DNA of 64,000 nt from Octopus vulgaris (GCA_951406725.2 OX597815.1:36828001-36892000); one strand, 5' to 3'; shown: positions 1 through 13,549, counted from the first letter of the stretch. A program made the numbers and translations. The notes: generated from the sequence alone by a model not told the origin.

Positions 1-618
1 ACAGTTGCGGCAAAATTCATTTTTTTCTATTTTGTTCTTCAACAGAAGACATTGTTTTTAATATTTTTTTTAATATTCAAAAATTCCATAATTTTTGTTT
101 CGAAGGGGAACGCGATTTAAACTTAACCGCAAGCGGTAAACACAATTCATATATCCTTCCCCCTTGGGGGAGAATAACAGTTAACAATATTAACACAGAC
201 AAGAAATTTTAACAACGTTTCCCTTACACGAAACCAACAAGCACAACGTAACAATTCCTGCAAGTAGGCAATAATTATAACAAGTAACCTTCAAGGTAAA
301 CACAAGCAAATATATCATGTAAGAATGTGAGCGAACGACGGTCTGGAACCAAAGACATCGAGACGAGGAGAAGCTGGGTTTTTATATGGAGCTGTAGATT
401 CAAAATTGGGTTGAGAACAGGCTGTCTCACGTCATTTTATTTAGAGGCTCCAATTGGTTATATGCTGCAAGAGACAAATTGCGCCGATACCAACCAATCA
501 GAGTAGTGGACACAACGGGGTCCAAATAGCGGCCAAACATTAGCTGTTACCTGTTACGTTCGAATGCACGTATATATAATAAAGGGGAAAGAGGCATTTC
601 AATCGAGTGTACGCTACA
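1..618 (-). mobile_element. Putative LTR-like insertion interrupting an R4/Dong RT fragment
   Basis: The minus strand starts TGTAGCG at 618, about where RT similarity stops, and contains CCAAT-type boxes, TGACGT and a TATAAAA box near 385. The other end is not identified. Confidence 0.4.
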
Positions 619-1420
619 CGGATTTTAATGGAGTGGATTTCTTCTACATACGAGTCAAGTATCCCAAATGTTGGGATCAGCACTGGTACTGCAAATGCAT
701 TATGGGATATTAACTTGTAAGAGGAGAGTTCGGATTGCCACATTTTTCTTAGTCTGGTGTAATATTCTTTGGTCACTGTATCTTTATTCAAAGTACCTTG
801 ATATGATATATTCTCATCAATGCCAAGGCACTTGTAGCATTCATTGTGTAGGACAGGAAGAATAAGGGAGAGCATTGATGCATAGGTTTTGTGTCTGGGA
901 GACTTATGTTCCCTCTTCAACAAATAAGAACACTTCTGGTCAAATTCCATTCCTATGTCAGAAGAAAATTTCAGTTGTTTATTGGCATTGTTAACATTTT
1001 TAGCATAAATTTAAGGTCATCCACAAAGAAATTATGGTTTATATTAATATCTCTTGTAGTTGCAGACTCTACCATGTAGCCATTTGTTTTTTGTAGCAGG
1101 AATTACAATGGGTTTAACGTCAAAATGAACAGAAGTACAGAGAGACTATCTCATTTGAATGATTTATGGCATGAGAAACTATCGTTCCACTCTGTGTTCT
1201 AAGTGTAGGAATTGTTGCCCAGGTCTTTGTGAGCTTCTCAATGGCAGCAATTAAGATAGCAGGCATTTTTGCTAAATGGAGACACTTCAGTGGTCATGAG
1301 TGGGGAATAGAGTCAAATGCCTTCCTATAATCAAGTCATATCGTTGTAAGGGTCCTACGATGTTTTTTCTTTCTTAAAAAATTTTTTTTTACCTCAGACA
1401 GTACAGCTTTGTTTATCAGA
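619..1420 (-). mobile_element. R4/Dong-clade non-LTR retrotransposon, decayed RT fragment
   Basis: Translations LINKAVLSEV, LDYRKAFDSIPHS, YKCLGIDE, KEYYTRLRKMWQSELS and HNAFAVPVLIPTFGILD. Confidence 0.8.
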
Positions 1421-1427
1421 TGTATGT

Positions 1428-2575
1428 CATTATTCAGTTTTATTTCAAGATTTCTTGCCAATAGAGAAAGAGTCGGTTTCTAACCTAGATCCAAGGCTCC
1501 TTCATTAGAATTTCAACATCAATAACAGGGTATGTATGTATGTATGTATGTATGTATGTATGTATGTATGTATGTATGTATGTATGTATGTATGTATGTA
1601 TGTATGCAGATTTATGTATGTATGTATGTATGTATGTATGTATGTATGTATGTATGTATGTATGTATGTATGTATGCAGATTTATGTTTCTCATGCATAT
1701 ACTTGCGCATGCTCATATGTACTTAAATAATAAACTTTTGGAAAGATTTTTACAGTTCCAGTGATGGATTGGATCTGTAGTCTTCGAATTAGCTTTCTCT
1801 TTTCTGGTTTTGAGAAGCCTAATTTCTCAAGATTGGTATTTAGGCAGTGTGTTACATATCTCAGGGCCCCAATAATTACTGTTATAAACCTGAACTTCTA
1901 ATCTGGATAGAATAACTGCAGATTGCTCAATAGTTCAGCGTAAGTATTCTCTTTTTCACTGATTTTCAGCTCTATGTTAACATCTGCCGAGCAGCTAATC
2001 TCCACAACTGTACACAGTTACTCTTTTCTATCCTAAACCATTACAAAAGGGCTGTTGTGCTTACATGTTGCTGAGGTTTTCACTGGGACATTCCACCAGT
2101 ACTCCTTTTTTATTATGAGTGGCTATAGCTTCTACTGTACGGCGGGTTCTCATTTCTTTGTCCTCGGGGTTATCCTTCCGATAGATTTCATTATATAGCT
2201 CTAGCTACAACATAATATTTCATCGGTAGATAATACCGTGATAACATTTTCCGACAACTGCGTATGATGTGGGAGATATCTTCGATATTAACACCACAAA
2301 GTCTGTATCGCTCGTCACATTTTACTGCTTTTCTTGCATCTCTATTCATTTTGTGCATCAGGTATTCGATTTCTGGATTGCAAATTCATACCCTTCAAAG
2401 TGGTTATTGGTTCACGATAGCTTTTATGATCAATGTTACTGTCGTCTCGTAGCTTTCTACTAACATATCCGTGCATATATATGCTCATTCTTTCATCTGA
2501 TGATACATTGCGGTAGAATCGTGCGACTTCTTTGAGCATGTATTTAAGGTTACCAGACAAGGAATGCTATCAGCC
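1428..2575 (-). mobile_element. R4/Dong-clade element 3' end (CCHC zinc knuckle, restriction-like endonuclease, 3' UTR with internal (CATA)n and AATAAA)
   Basis: Translations resembling RLCGVNIEDISHIIRSC, EYWWNVPVKT, VVEISCSADVNI, EKENTYAELL and VIIGAL; ends AATAAAACTGAATAATGA. Confidence 0.8.
1531..1676. repeat. (TATG)n microsatellite
   Basis: Direct reading; further TATG/TG tracts at 2576-2720 and 3677-3837. Confidence 0.98.
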
Positions 2576-2720
2576 TGTATGTATATGTGTATGTATGCAT
2601 GCATGCACGCACGCACGTATGCACGTATGTACGTATGTATGTATGTATGTATGTATGTATGTATGTATGTATGTATGTATGTATGTATGTATGTATGTAT
2701 GTATGTATGTATGTATGTAT

Positions 2721-3677
2721 AATAAAATAATAATAATAATAATGAAATTATTGTATACAGTGCTCAGGTGCACCACAACTTGTCAGAAAGTGCATATAAA
2801 TGTCTGGAAAGTGAACATGCTTGTGTGTGTATGGAGGGGAGAAAATCAAGTGTAGTGTTGGCGAATCTCAGGAAGCATGGAAGTCTTGAAGGATGCAGTG
2901 CTCCGACAACTAACAACCGATGTCGGCAGTTTGTTCCACGCTTCAGCAACTCTCAGCGTGAAAAAATGTTTCCTGAAGTCATGGGAGCTGTGCTGTTTTC
3001 TTACTTTGTAAATATGTCCACGGGTGTTAGATGGGTGGAGTTTGAAGAGGTGCTCAGAGTTATTGTTTGTGCGATGGTTGATAATTTTATGGGTGTCTGC
3101 CAAGTCAGCTGCCAGACGTCGGAGTTTCAATGTGTCCATGCTCAGGGAAGTAAGGCGTTCAGGATATGGCAAATGCCTGATGGAGGGTATTCTTTTGGTT
3201 GCACGTCGCTGAACAGCTTCCAGACGATTGATGTCCTGGGCAAGATAGGGGTTCCAGACCGGTGATGCAAATTCCAGGTGAGGTCTTACCATAGCTATAT
3301 AAAGCCGCAGATAGATAGCCGGAGAGCGGCTCACAAAGGATTTGGTGAGTGATGCCAAGACACCCTCAGCCTTCTTGACTATTTTAGCAATGTGTTTTGT
3401 CCAACGCAAATCACTGTCGACAATAACACCCAGGTCACGTTCACTTGAAGACTTTTTGAGATTAGTGTTGTGGAGGGAGTAGGTGGACGCTGGGTTTCTC
3501 CTCCCAAAATGCATGGTGGTACATTTGTCCACAACCAGCTTGAGTTGCCAGTCCATGATCCACTGCTGCATTGTGTCCAGGTCTGCTTGCAATAGAGATC
3601 CATAGTGTATAGGATTTGACCTCTTTATTTCGAGGTACAGCTTAATGTCATCTGCATATTTCAGCACTATGGCATTG
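2721..3677 (-). mobile_element. CR1-clade LINE, 5'-truncated, RT C-terminus still open, (TTA)n tail
   Basis: LKYADDIKLY, ERDLGVIVDSDL, VRPHLEFASPVWNPY, LEAVQRRATK and FFTLRVAEAWNKLP; flanked on both sides by (TATG)n. Confidence 0.92.
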
Positions 3678-3719
3678 TATGTATGTATGTATGTATGTAT
3701 GTATGTATGTATGTATGTA

Positions 3720-3796
<77 letters not shown>

Positions 3797-4199
3797 ATGT
3801 ATGTATGTATGTATGTATGTATGTATGTATGTATGTGTCCATGTATACATAAACATTCACACGTGCACAGGGATTTCCGTCTTCAACAAAATAGATTTAT
3901 TGTCAAAGTAAGTTTGTAAGAAAATTATGAAAAACTTCAACGAATTCTATTTTATCTTTTTCACTATGCTTGGGCATTGCTTTGAACCCCATTTTAGGGT
4001 AGGCACGTTGTATCAAATGAATGTTGACGTGTAGACCATTGCTTTCTCCCAGGAGTTAATCTGTTTTCTAGATAGACTATTGATTTCACAATAATTTATC
4101 CTAGGATATAGCATCGTCAAATTTGCCTCTAATAACTGATGGTGATAAATTCTTTAATAAGAGGCAATTCATCCCACATCCGTCCCGAGATATGCTTCT

Positions 4200-4682
4200 T
4201 TTGAGTGTGTACTAAGCTTCTGTGTTTAGAACAGAACTCTCAAAAGTTTCAACGTTGGCTCATTCGAAGCGAATCGTCGCGCATGGAAATGATTTCCCAG
4301 TTAATTGCCATAAACGACAGACGAGATATTAGCAAGTTACATTAGAGTTATCTACCTTAATGTTCACTGTTTAAAGATTGTTGTCTCCCTTCAGTGTGTT
4401 GTTTTCGAGTTCCGACAGTTTAATCAACATCAACAGATGTAACGGGTACCGTGGTCAGTTTCTTACTTGTGAAAAATACGAAACAGTTTCGATTTCCGTT
4501 TGAAGCCATTTCAGGTTACCTATGCTGCTAATAACACTGTTAAACAAGCATGGTCATCACCCCTTCACCTTATTTCCACATACACATCTAGAATCGTTTA
4601 CTTTGCGGAAAGAAATCAACTTTAGGTGCTTAAAACTAAACAAAAACAGAACTGAAACTGCTGCGAGATAACATCTCATAAC
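4200..4682 (+). promoter_or_regulatory. Probable B3GNTL1 promoter/5' UTR region
   Basis: Unique sequence with more CpG than the introns, directly upstream of the first coding exon; the TSS cannot be determined. Confidence 0.45.
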
Positions 4683-4694
4683 ATGTCAGATGTA
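4683..4694 (+). CDS. B3GNTL1: B3GNTL1 coding exon 1 (MSDV)
   Basis: ATG TCA GAT GTA followed by a gtaagt donor; it joins exon 2 in frame to give the GT2 N-terminal VSIILPVHN and lies just downstream of a relatively CpG-rich, repeat-free stretch. Confidence 0.8.
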
Positions 4695-7600
4695 GTAAGT
4701 TGTTTTTTTTTTTGTTATGGGATATTTATTTTATATTTTATTTTAAACGTATGCATTCTTAGAGGGTGAATTTAAATTGATTTACATTTTAAAATGAGTT
4801 CAAATAACTTTATTTTATTCATTCGGCCTGTTTCAAAATAGTATTAATTGAAGTGTTGTGTTTAAAGCCCTGCACAAGGTGTGCACATCCTTCCTGTTTA
4901 CTGTTCTCAGTTGTAGTTGGTTATACGGAAATCAAGGAATACATGTTAGCTGTGTGTATGCACATGCATACGTATACCGACCTGTCACACTTTTTTTCTA
5001 TCTGCATATGTGTATACACTCGCATTTATGTACTCCATTCGTAATGTGCATGTGCGCATATTTATGTTTTATGTTTCACTTTCTGCTGGACACATTCTTA
5101 CACATACATGGACACATTCAATAGGTAATCTTCACACTGCGGTAGTAAACTTAAAAGAAAATACTAAGCAGTTACCAGAATACTATTCAAAACCCGAACG
5201 TCGTTAAATTTTCGAATGAAACGACTATGCTTTAAATCCTATACAGAAGTTTTTTCGAAGTATAGAATAAGTAATTGCATAAAATTTGGGTGTTAATCTT
5301 ACGTTCGTGTTTGTATTATATTTTGGATTCTAAGGCGGCGAGCTGGCAGAAACGTTAGCACGCCGGGCGAAATACTTAGCGGTATTTCGTCTGCGTTACG
5401 TTGTGAGTTCAAATTCCGCCGAGGTCGACTTTGCCTTTCATCCTTTCGGGGTCGATAAATTAAGTACCAGTTACGCACTGGGGTCGATGTAATCGACTTA
5501 ATACCTATGTCTGTCCTTGTTTGTCCCCTCTGTGTTTAGCCCCTTGTCAGTAATAAAGAAATAGATATTTCGTCTGTCTTTACGTTCTAAGTTCAAATTC
5601 CGCTGAGGTTGACTTTGCCTTTCATCCTTACGGGATCGATAATTTAAGTACCAGTTGCGTACTGGTGTTGATCTAATCGACTGGCCCCCTCCCCCAAAAT
5701 TTCGGGCCTTGTGCCTAGAGTAGAAAAGATTATATTTTGGATTCTGTTAAGTTCGTTCGGTGTTTACGTCCCGAATAAGAAGGCTTATCCATTTAGTGTA
5801 TTGTTTCCCAACCACATGTTTCCGGGTTCAATTCCACTGCATGGCACCTTGGGCAAGTGTCTTGTACTATAGCCTCGAGCCGACCACGCCTTGTGAATGG
5901 ATTTGGTATTTCAAAACATTGGTTGCCTGACTGATTAGTGAACTTCAATCCATCCACTATCTCGATGCTGTGGTTCATTTTCTCTACTGTTTGCTACAAT
6001 GATTTCTTATTTCTTTACTGCCCACAAGGGGCTACACACAGAGGGGACAAACAAGGACAGACAAACGGATTAAGTCAATTATATCGATCCAGTGCATAAC
6101 TGGTACTTATTTAATCAACCCCGAAAGGATGAAAGGTAGAATCGACCTTGGCAGAATTTGAACTCAGAACATAGTGGCAGATGAAATACCTATTTCTTTA
6201 CTACCCACAAGGGGTTAAACACAGAGGGGACAAACAAGGACAGACAAATGGATTAAGTCGATTATATCGAACCCAGTGCGTAACTGGTACTTAGTTTATC
6301 AACCCCAAAAGGATGAAAGGTAAAGTTGACCTTGGCAGAATTTGAACTCAAAACGTAGCGGCAGACGAAATACTGCTAAGCATTTTACCCGGTGTGCTAA
6401 CATTTCTGCCGGCTGCTCTTTTTGAACTAGTGAGCTGTATAATATCTCATACACCCACTGCCTCTCTTTATGATATCTTATCTCTGTCTTCATTCATAAA
6501 GTACCACCTTTTCAGTTTTTGGTAGAAATCAATTTTACACGAACAGTTAAATACTGAATATTTTACTAACATTTTCTTTTTTTACTTTTGACAGAGCATC
6601 ATTTTACCTGTGCACAATGCTTCTAAGTGGTTGGATGAATGTTTGAAGTCAATATCTGATCAGACATTTACAGGTTCTTTGGAATTATCAGCATATGATG
6701 ATGCCAGTACAGTAAGTATTGCAGTCTGAAACATATGATGATATAAAGCACAAATTTGCCCTACACAAGAGTACTGTTCATGTATTATATATCTTGAATT
6801 TAGTATAGAGGCACAGAAATGACAAATGTTATTCACATGCAACCTAGTTGTCTACCATTAGGTTTGTAGCATGGTTGCGAATAAAGTTGATATGTCAATG
6901 TAATCTTATTTAATAATACTAAGACACAGTTGCTAAATGTATAAAAAAACACAATCACAACACTACAGTCTCTCTATAAAATTCACTACAAAAGTTCACA
7001 CTTTCCAATGACTGTTATGGTGACTCTGCAACTTCTATTATTATAGTTAATGCTGCATCCTAAAGCTGTTCTTGTTGTTAAGCAACAAGACGGGTAAGGG
7101 TGATTAGGTGATGGTCTAGGGCTTAGGGGCGGGAGACCCCCAGACCTTCGGAAAAAAGAAAAAAACTTAGGTCGTCTTGTTGTAGTCGAGGGCTCTTCGT
7201 TAACGCCCGACACCACTGGGAGGTGGCCCTCAAAGTCGCTGGAAATGGAGATCTCCTGGTCCAAATTCTTGAACTGCGCATCCTAAAGCTGAATTTATCT
7301 CTTCAGGGCCCAAAAATACTTTAGCTCTGAATAGTCGTTGATCCTCTACACCATACATATGTATCCAGTATTAGAGTACTACAGTGCTAGCTGCATACAT
7401 AAATGTCCTACACAATGACACACTTACACATGCACACACGCAAGCATGCATGCATGCATGCACACAGTCACATGCACAAAAGGGAACACAATAAACAAAC
7501 TTTCAGCTGTCAACATGCTATAATGATAAGTTCATTAACACTTGATGTCTGTGTCTATCATAAAGGTTTCTACTTGTTTGAACAAACAAGATGTATATCA

Positions 7601-10600
7601 CCAAATGAGGTGTTTAGTAACAGACAGTCATAAGTGCCACAACTTAAAAACTGAGAAAAACACAGTCAAAATTTTGTGACTTTCAGAATGTGATATCTTG
7701 GCAAGGAATGAAGTTAGGAAGCTGGTTTTGGTCTTAAAATAACTGAAAATCTCCTCTAATCGTTCCACCTATGTAAAATTATCTATTTATGACTACCCAT
7801 CTGATAAGGGTATACTAGGCACATGCATCACAACCATATGTGCGTGACATGGTGATCTCATATCAAGATAAACAGCGCATGACCTTGCAGTTGGGGCCCA
7901 GTTAGAATTTCCTTCTAGTCGAGTAACCCATCCCACTCAACAGGTCCCTGAGTAAGAGTTGTTTGAGGATGTTGAACGAAACACCCATGTTTCCAGAGGT
8001 GAATTATTCAAACCCCAAAGTATCCCTCTCAACACATGGCTATGATTCTCCCCCACTACTTCTGCTCGTGATCAGAGATGCACATATTGTCAGCCACTAA
8101 GGGACATGCTCAACTGGTTACGGTCAAACAACTGACAAGCAAATCTGTGGTATTGAGCAGAATATTTGCTGTAGCCCATCTTTTATACCAAGACAAAACA
8201 ATGTACATGATAACACTTCCAATCAGTTAAGATCAGAAGCCACGAGAGCCACTAACTGGGCTCCAACTGCAAGGTCATGTGCTGTTTATCTTGATATGAG
8301 ATCATGTTGCACACATATGGTTGTGATGCATGTGCCTGGTGTACCCTTATCAGACGGGTAGTCATGATGGGTATACTGGGCTTCGTATATTTTACCCCAG
8401 TGTCACTTTGATGGCATGCACTGCTCTATCACTCAATAATAATAATAATAATAGTAATGATAATAAAATGAGGATTATAATTGATATTATTTATTTGAAA
8501 CTTTAGGATGATTCATTTGACCTTTTAGAGGTTTGGAGATCAAAATTAAAAGAAAAAAATATCCAAGTTACTTTAATGAAAAATAAATATGGTTCGCCCA
8601 AGGGAGGTAAGTCACTAACGTTACATTTTCTCCTTTATTTATAGATATCTTTTTTATACAGATCTGAAACCTGCAATTTTTTGGCCTCAAAAAATAAGAA
8701 GCTTTAAAATTCATAACTTCTTTGTGCACATTATCTGTCTATGTGAAGTGAATTAGTTCAATATAAGAACAAAACTTGTCTATGGATTAAGTTCAAAAAC
8801 TTAACATCATTGTATCTGCGACAAGTTTTTTTTAATATTTAAAAAAAATATTTTTTAAAAATATTAATTTTGTTCGTTTGTAGAGTATAAACTGAATTTG
8901 TAGGAGCATTGTATTTCTGTAGTATATTACTTGTACTGCTTTTCATTAATTTCTAAGAAGATGAAAGATATTGTTTAACTGAGTGGTATACTTATATGGT
9001 GCACTTCTTATCCAAAACTATGCCCCAGAAAATCACTCTGCATCTTCATCATCATCATCATCATCGTTTAACGTCCGCTTTCCATGCTAGCATGGGTTGG
9101 ACGATTTTGACTGAGGGCTGGTGGACCAGATGGCTGCACCAGGCTCCAATCTTGATCTGGCAGAGTTTCTACAGCTGGATGCCCTTCTTAACACCAACCA
9201 CTCTGGGGGCCAGTCAGGTGGTACTGGCAATGATCTCGCTCGAATCTTTTTACATGTACCAGTGAAGCGATGTTGGTAACGATCATGCTCGAATGGTGCC
9301 CTTTTACATGCCATGGGTACGGAAGCCAGTTGGCTGCTCTGGCAACGATCATGCTTGGATGGTGCTCTTGGCACCCTACTAGCACAGGCATAAGTGCCAG
9401 TAAGGCGATGCTGGTAATGATCATACTTGAATAGCCGCTCTGTCAACGATCGCACTCGTATGGTGCTCTTTGCACCCCGCTAGCATGGATGCCAGTCATC
9501 GAATTGATTTTGATTTTGATATAAACACAAAATCAGAATGTAGATAAATGGTAGTTCAAGAAAGGGCCTGCTAAAATTGAGATAGTGTATGTTATAAGTT
9601 TTCAAAATATTTAAGTTCACATACCTCAAACACTTGGTATATTTCCAGTGAATGGAAGCAAATAAGATGTATTATTCTGTCTATAGATACTACAAATTGT
9701 TTTCAGGGTGCTGGTGCCATGTAAAAAGCCCTGGTGTTGGTGCCATGTGAAAAGCACCCAGTTCACTCTGTAAAGTGGTTAGCATCAGGAAGGTCATCAA
9801 GCCAGCCAAAACAGACTATGGGACCTGGTGTTGTCCCTGGCCTTGCCAGTTCTTGTCAAGCCATCCAACCCATGCCAGCATGGAAAACAGATGTTAAATG
9901 ATGAGAGTGAGAGAGTATGAACTTAAAATCTATGATCTGGTAATTAACCCTTTAGTATTTAAACCGGCCATATCCGGCCAAAATAGCTAATCTGTTTTAT
10001 GTTCAAACTGACGAGATCCAGGCTCTCACACCAACCCTACAATGTTATTCTACATTAAGTAATTACACCATTAAGATCTTGAAGATATGAGATAATGCAT
10101 GATTAATTCAAATCAATGGGAATCAGTAAGCATTATGTTTGATTGAATAATCTGAATACTAAAGGGTTAAGTAGTTTGTTAACTGAGCCATTTTGCCTCT
10201 ACTCAAATGTTATTTTTATTCTTTTAAAAAGATAAATAAATAAAAATTCATTATGTATAGATTAACTTAATATACCTTTGTTGTACGATTTACCTGAAAT
10301 GACTCATGGATTGTGTATAAGCAAGTAGTTATGCTCATATTATTGAACTAAACAAATTTTTGCTTCTTTTTACTTGCAGTTGGTTTTGCTCGAAACAGAG
10401 CTGTGGAAAATAGTTGTGGCCATTTCCTTTGCTTTTTGGATGCTGTAAGTGTGATTAACTGTTTTTTCAAGTATGAAATTTTACCTTCATAAATTTAGGT
10501 TTGTCTATAAATTGAGTGAATGTAATTTATATGATACCTAAAACGGACGAATATGAACAAACAAAGCTGCAATTTATTCAAACTCTAGTCAGCAACAAGA

Positions 10601-13549
10601 AGAGTTGTGATGGAATTGGTCAGGATGAGAGAGGATCTTCGGAGGTAGATTTTTCAACTGTTGTGTGACTTGTGCAATCATCAACATTAAATGTCTGCTT
10701 TCAATGCTGGCATAGGTTTGACAGGATTCCATCATCTGAGTAATTTCTTATTAGGAGCTGTTGCTTTCATCAACTGGTACTTGTATGTATCATTTAGTTT
10801 GGTTTCCTCAGTAGATGACCTTCAATCACAACTTTTTTACAACTTTACTGAGTATATTAGGTGCATTCTTGTGGCACCAACTCTAGAGAGGTTAAGTCCT
10901 AAACAAGATAGGAATAAAGGGACCTCACATCCCTACACTTTCTCTATTCATTTGCCAACCATTTCATAGTGTACATTGGGTGCATTTTTTAGAGCACCAA
11001 TACGAGAAAAGTTATCTCTCTCACCATGCAGAGTGACTGTGCAAGTTCTTTCTTTTGTTGTACTACCACATATGTATGTATGCCTTGGAAGCAGTAAAAT
11101 TTAGAGGGTACTCAGTAAGCTATGATATGTAAACCAAAGAGGAGATTAGAAGAAACCGATAGAAAGAGACAGAGTGTGGTAATAGCAGAAAGGCTAGAAA
11201 TAGGTGGATGTAAGTATTGAGAGAACTCAATTATCTAGAATGTGCAAAGTCTCTTAGGTGACTGAGGGGAACATGAGAGAAAGTGATGACAGCAGAAGGA
11301 CCAGGATGGGTGAATGGAAGAAGCAAGAGTATGTTAGAAAAGGCAGGGTTATTGGGATGGAGTTGAGAGTGGATGATTGACAAAAGTAAGAGTAGGTGAT
11401 GACTGGCAGTAGAAATGTTCCACTGAAGAGAGAGTGATAGTTAGCAGTGCAGAAATAGCAAAGTTTAAAGTATACATGTTGGATATAGATGGCTTGATGC
11501 AGTCTCTTAGCTACAGCCTAGAAATACGAGAGAGTGAAATGAACACAAGCCAAAGGCTGTTATAAAGAATAAGAATTACAGGATTTTATGGGACTTCCCC
11601 ATAAATACTGACCATGCTATTGAAGTAAGAAAACTAAACATGATTATAGAGGGCAAAAGAAACAAACAGTATAAGATCATAGACTGTATAATACCATATA
11701 ATAGAGTGGATACCAAAGAAATTGGGAAATATCATGACTTAGGAAGAGAGATTAAGAGATTGTGTAAGATCATCATCATCATCATTTAACGTCCGCTTTC
11801 AATGCTAGCATGAGTTGGACGATTTTGACTGAGGGCTGACGAGCCAGATGGCTGCACCAGGCTCCAATTTTGATTTGGCAAAGTTTCTACAGCTGGATGC
11901 CCTTCCTAACGCCAACCACTCCGAGAGTGTAGTGGGTGCTTTTATATGCCACCGGCACGAAGGCCAGTCTGGTGGTACTGGCAATGGCCACGCTCAAATG
12001 GTGTTGGTGCTTTTACGTGCCACCAGCATGAGGGCCAGTCTGGCGGTACTGGCAACGATAAAGATGATAATTATTCCTGTGGTAACTGGTGCACTTGGCA
12101 CAACACTCAGATTGCTTCCTAAGAGGCTGAAGGATATTGGAATTGAGACTTATATTATCAAGCTGCAGAAAAGTGCAATCTTTTATTCTGCAAGAATCCT
12201 AAGAAAAATTCCTGAGATTTGAGGAGACTTATTATCACCAAACCTCAAGACAAGATCCCTGCAAACTAATATAGCATGTAGTGGTAGTTGAAGTAGTAGT
12301 AATCATCATCATCATCGTTTAATGTCCGCTTTCCATGCTAGCATGGGCTGGACGATTTTGACTGAGGGCTGGCGAGCCAGATGGCTGCACCAGGCTCCAA
12401 TTTTGATTTGGCAAAGTTTCTACAGCTGGATGCCCTTCCTAACGCCAACCACTCCAAGAGTGTAGTCGGTGCTTTTTATGTGCCACCGGCATGGGTGCCA
12501 GTCAGGCAGCACTGGCAACGACCTCGCTCGAATCTTTTTTTTTTTTTTCACAAGGCCTGAAATTTTGGGGGAGAGAGAATCACTTACATCAACTCCAGTG
12601 CTTGACTGGTACTTATTTTATCAACCCTGAAAGAATGAAAAGTCAAGTTGATGTTGGCAGAAAACAAAGCCAGAATAAATGCTGCTAGGCATCTTGTCTG
12701 ATGTGCTAATGGTTCTACCAGTTTGCTGCTTTGCAAGAAGAAGAACAACAGCAGCAGCAGCAGCAACAAAACAACAACAACAACATTGCTTTCTGATATA
12801 AGTACCAGATCACTATTCTGTTGTGTCTGGGGAGAGTCATTTTCTTTTTGTGCTTTATAATGTAACACACTCACCAGTAAAATTTCCACTTATCTCTTAT
12901 CTTTATTTTCCTAAAATTTTCGTTGCATCTTGCAACCTTTTGATGACTATTGAAAAGGTTGCAAGACACAATGAACATTTTAGGAAAATAAAAATAAGAA
13001 ATAATTATTATTATTACACTATAAGGCATAAAAAGAAAATGACTCTCCCAGACACAACAGAATATGCTTCAACACATGAACTCATAAAGAATCTTGCAAA
13101 CCAAACGAAATACCAGATCACTAGTTTTGAGGGGTTAGCTGATACCATCAACTCCAGTTACTTGATTGGTATTTAATTTTATCAAATTCCAAAAAGGTCA
13201 AAAGCAAAAGTAACCTAAGTGAGATTTGAACTCACTTGTTTAGACATAAAGAGTCTAAACAATTTCCACAAGGTATTTTATCCAACACTCTGAGGATTCT
13301 GCCAGCTTGCTAAAATATTTTCTGGCTTTGAAGAAGGAAATCCAACCTTTGGATGAAGTATCAACTGTTCTAAATGCACGATCACCAGAGAATATCTTTG
13401 CTATAACTGCTGTATGAATTTTTAATGTCTTTAGGATTACTATTAGCAGCAGAAAATAATTGTTAATGTCATCATAAAAAATTGTCCGACTATTTCCTGA
13501 TTGCTGAGCTCTATCATCTACATCTGTACCAGACCATTATCTAGTAACA

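Noticed and set aside
1-52. Start of a gag-like ORF on the minus strand (MSSVEEQNRKK)
   Set aside because: An in-frame TGA follows 11 codons unless the homopolymer is miscalled.
1455-1520. Hammerhead-like CTAATGA...GAAAC in the R4/Dong 3' UTR (minus strand)
   Set aside because: The invariant G5 and the NUH triplet are missing; too degenerate to claim. The same holds for CTGATGA...GAAAC at 41488-41545.
1485-3919. MYVC/HTYI repeat ORFs
   Set aside because: (TATG)n and (TG)n translations; only 2846-3677 is real coding sequence, and it belongs to the CR1 RT.
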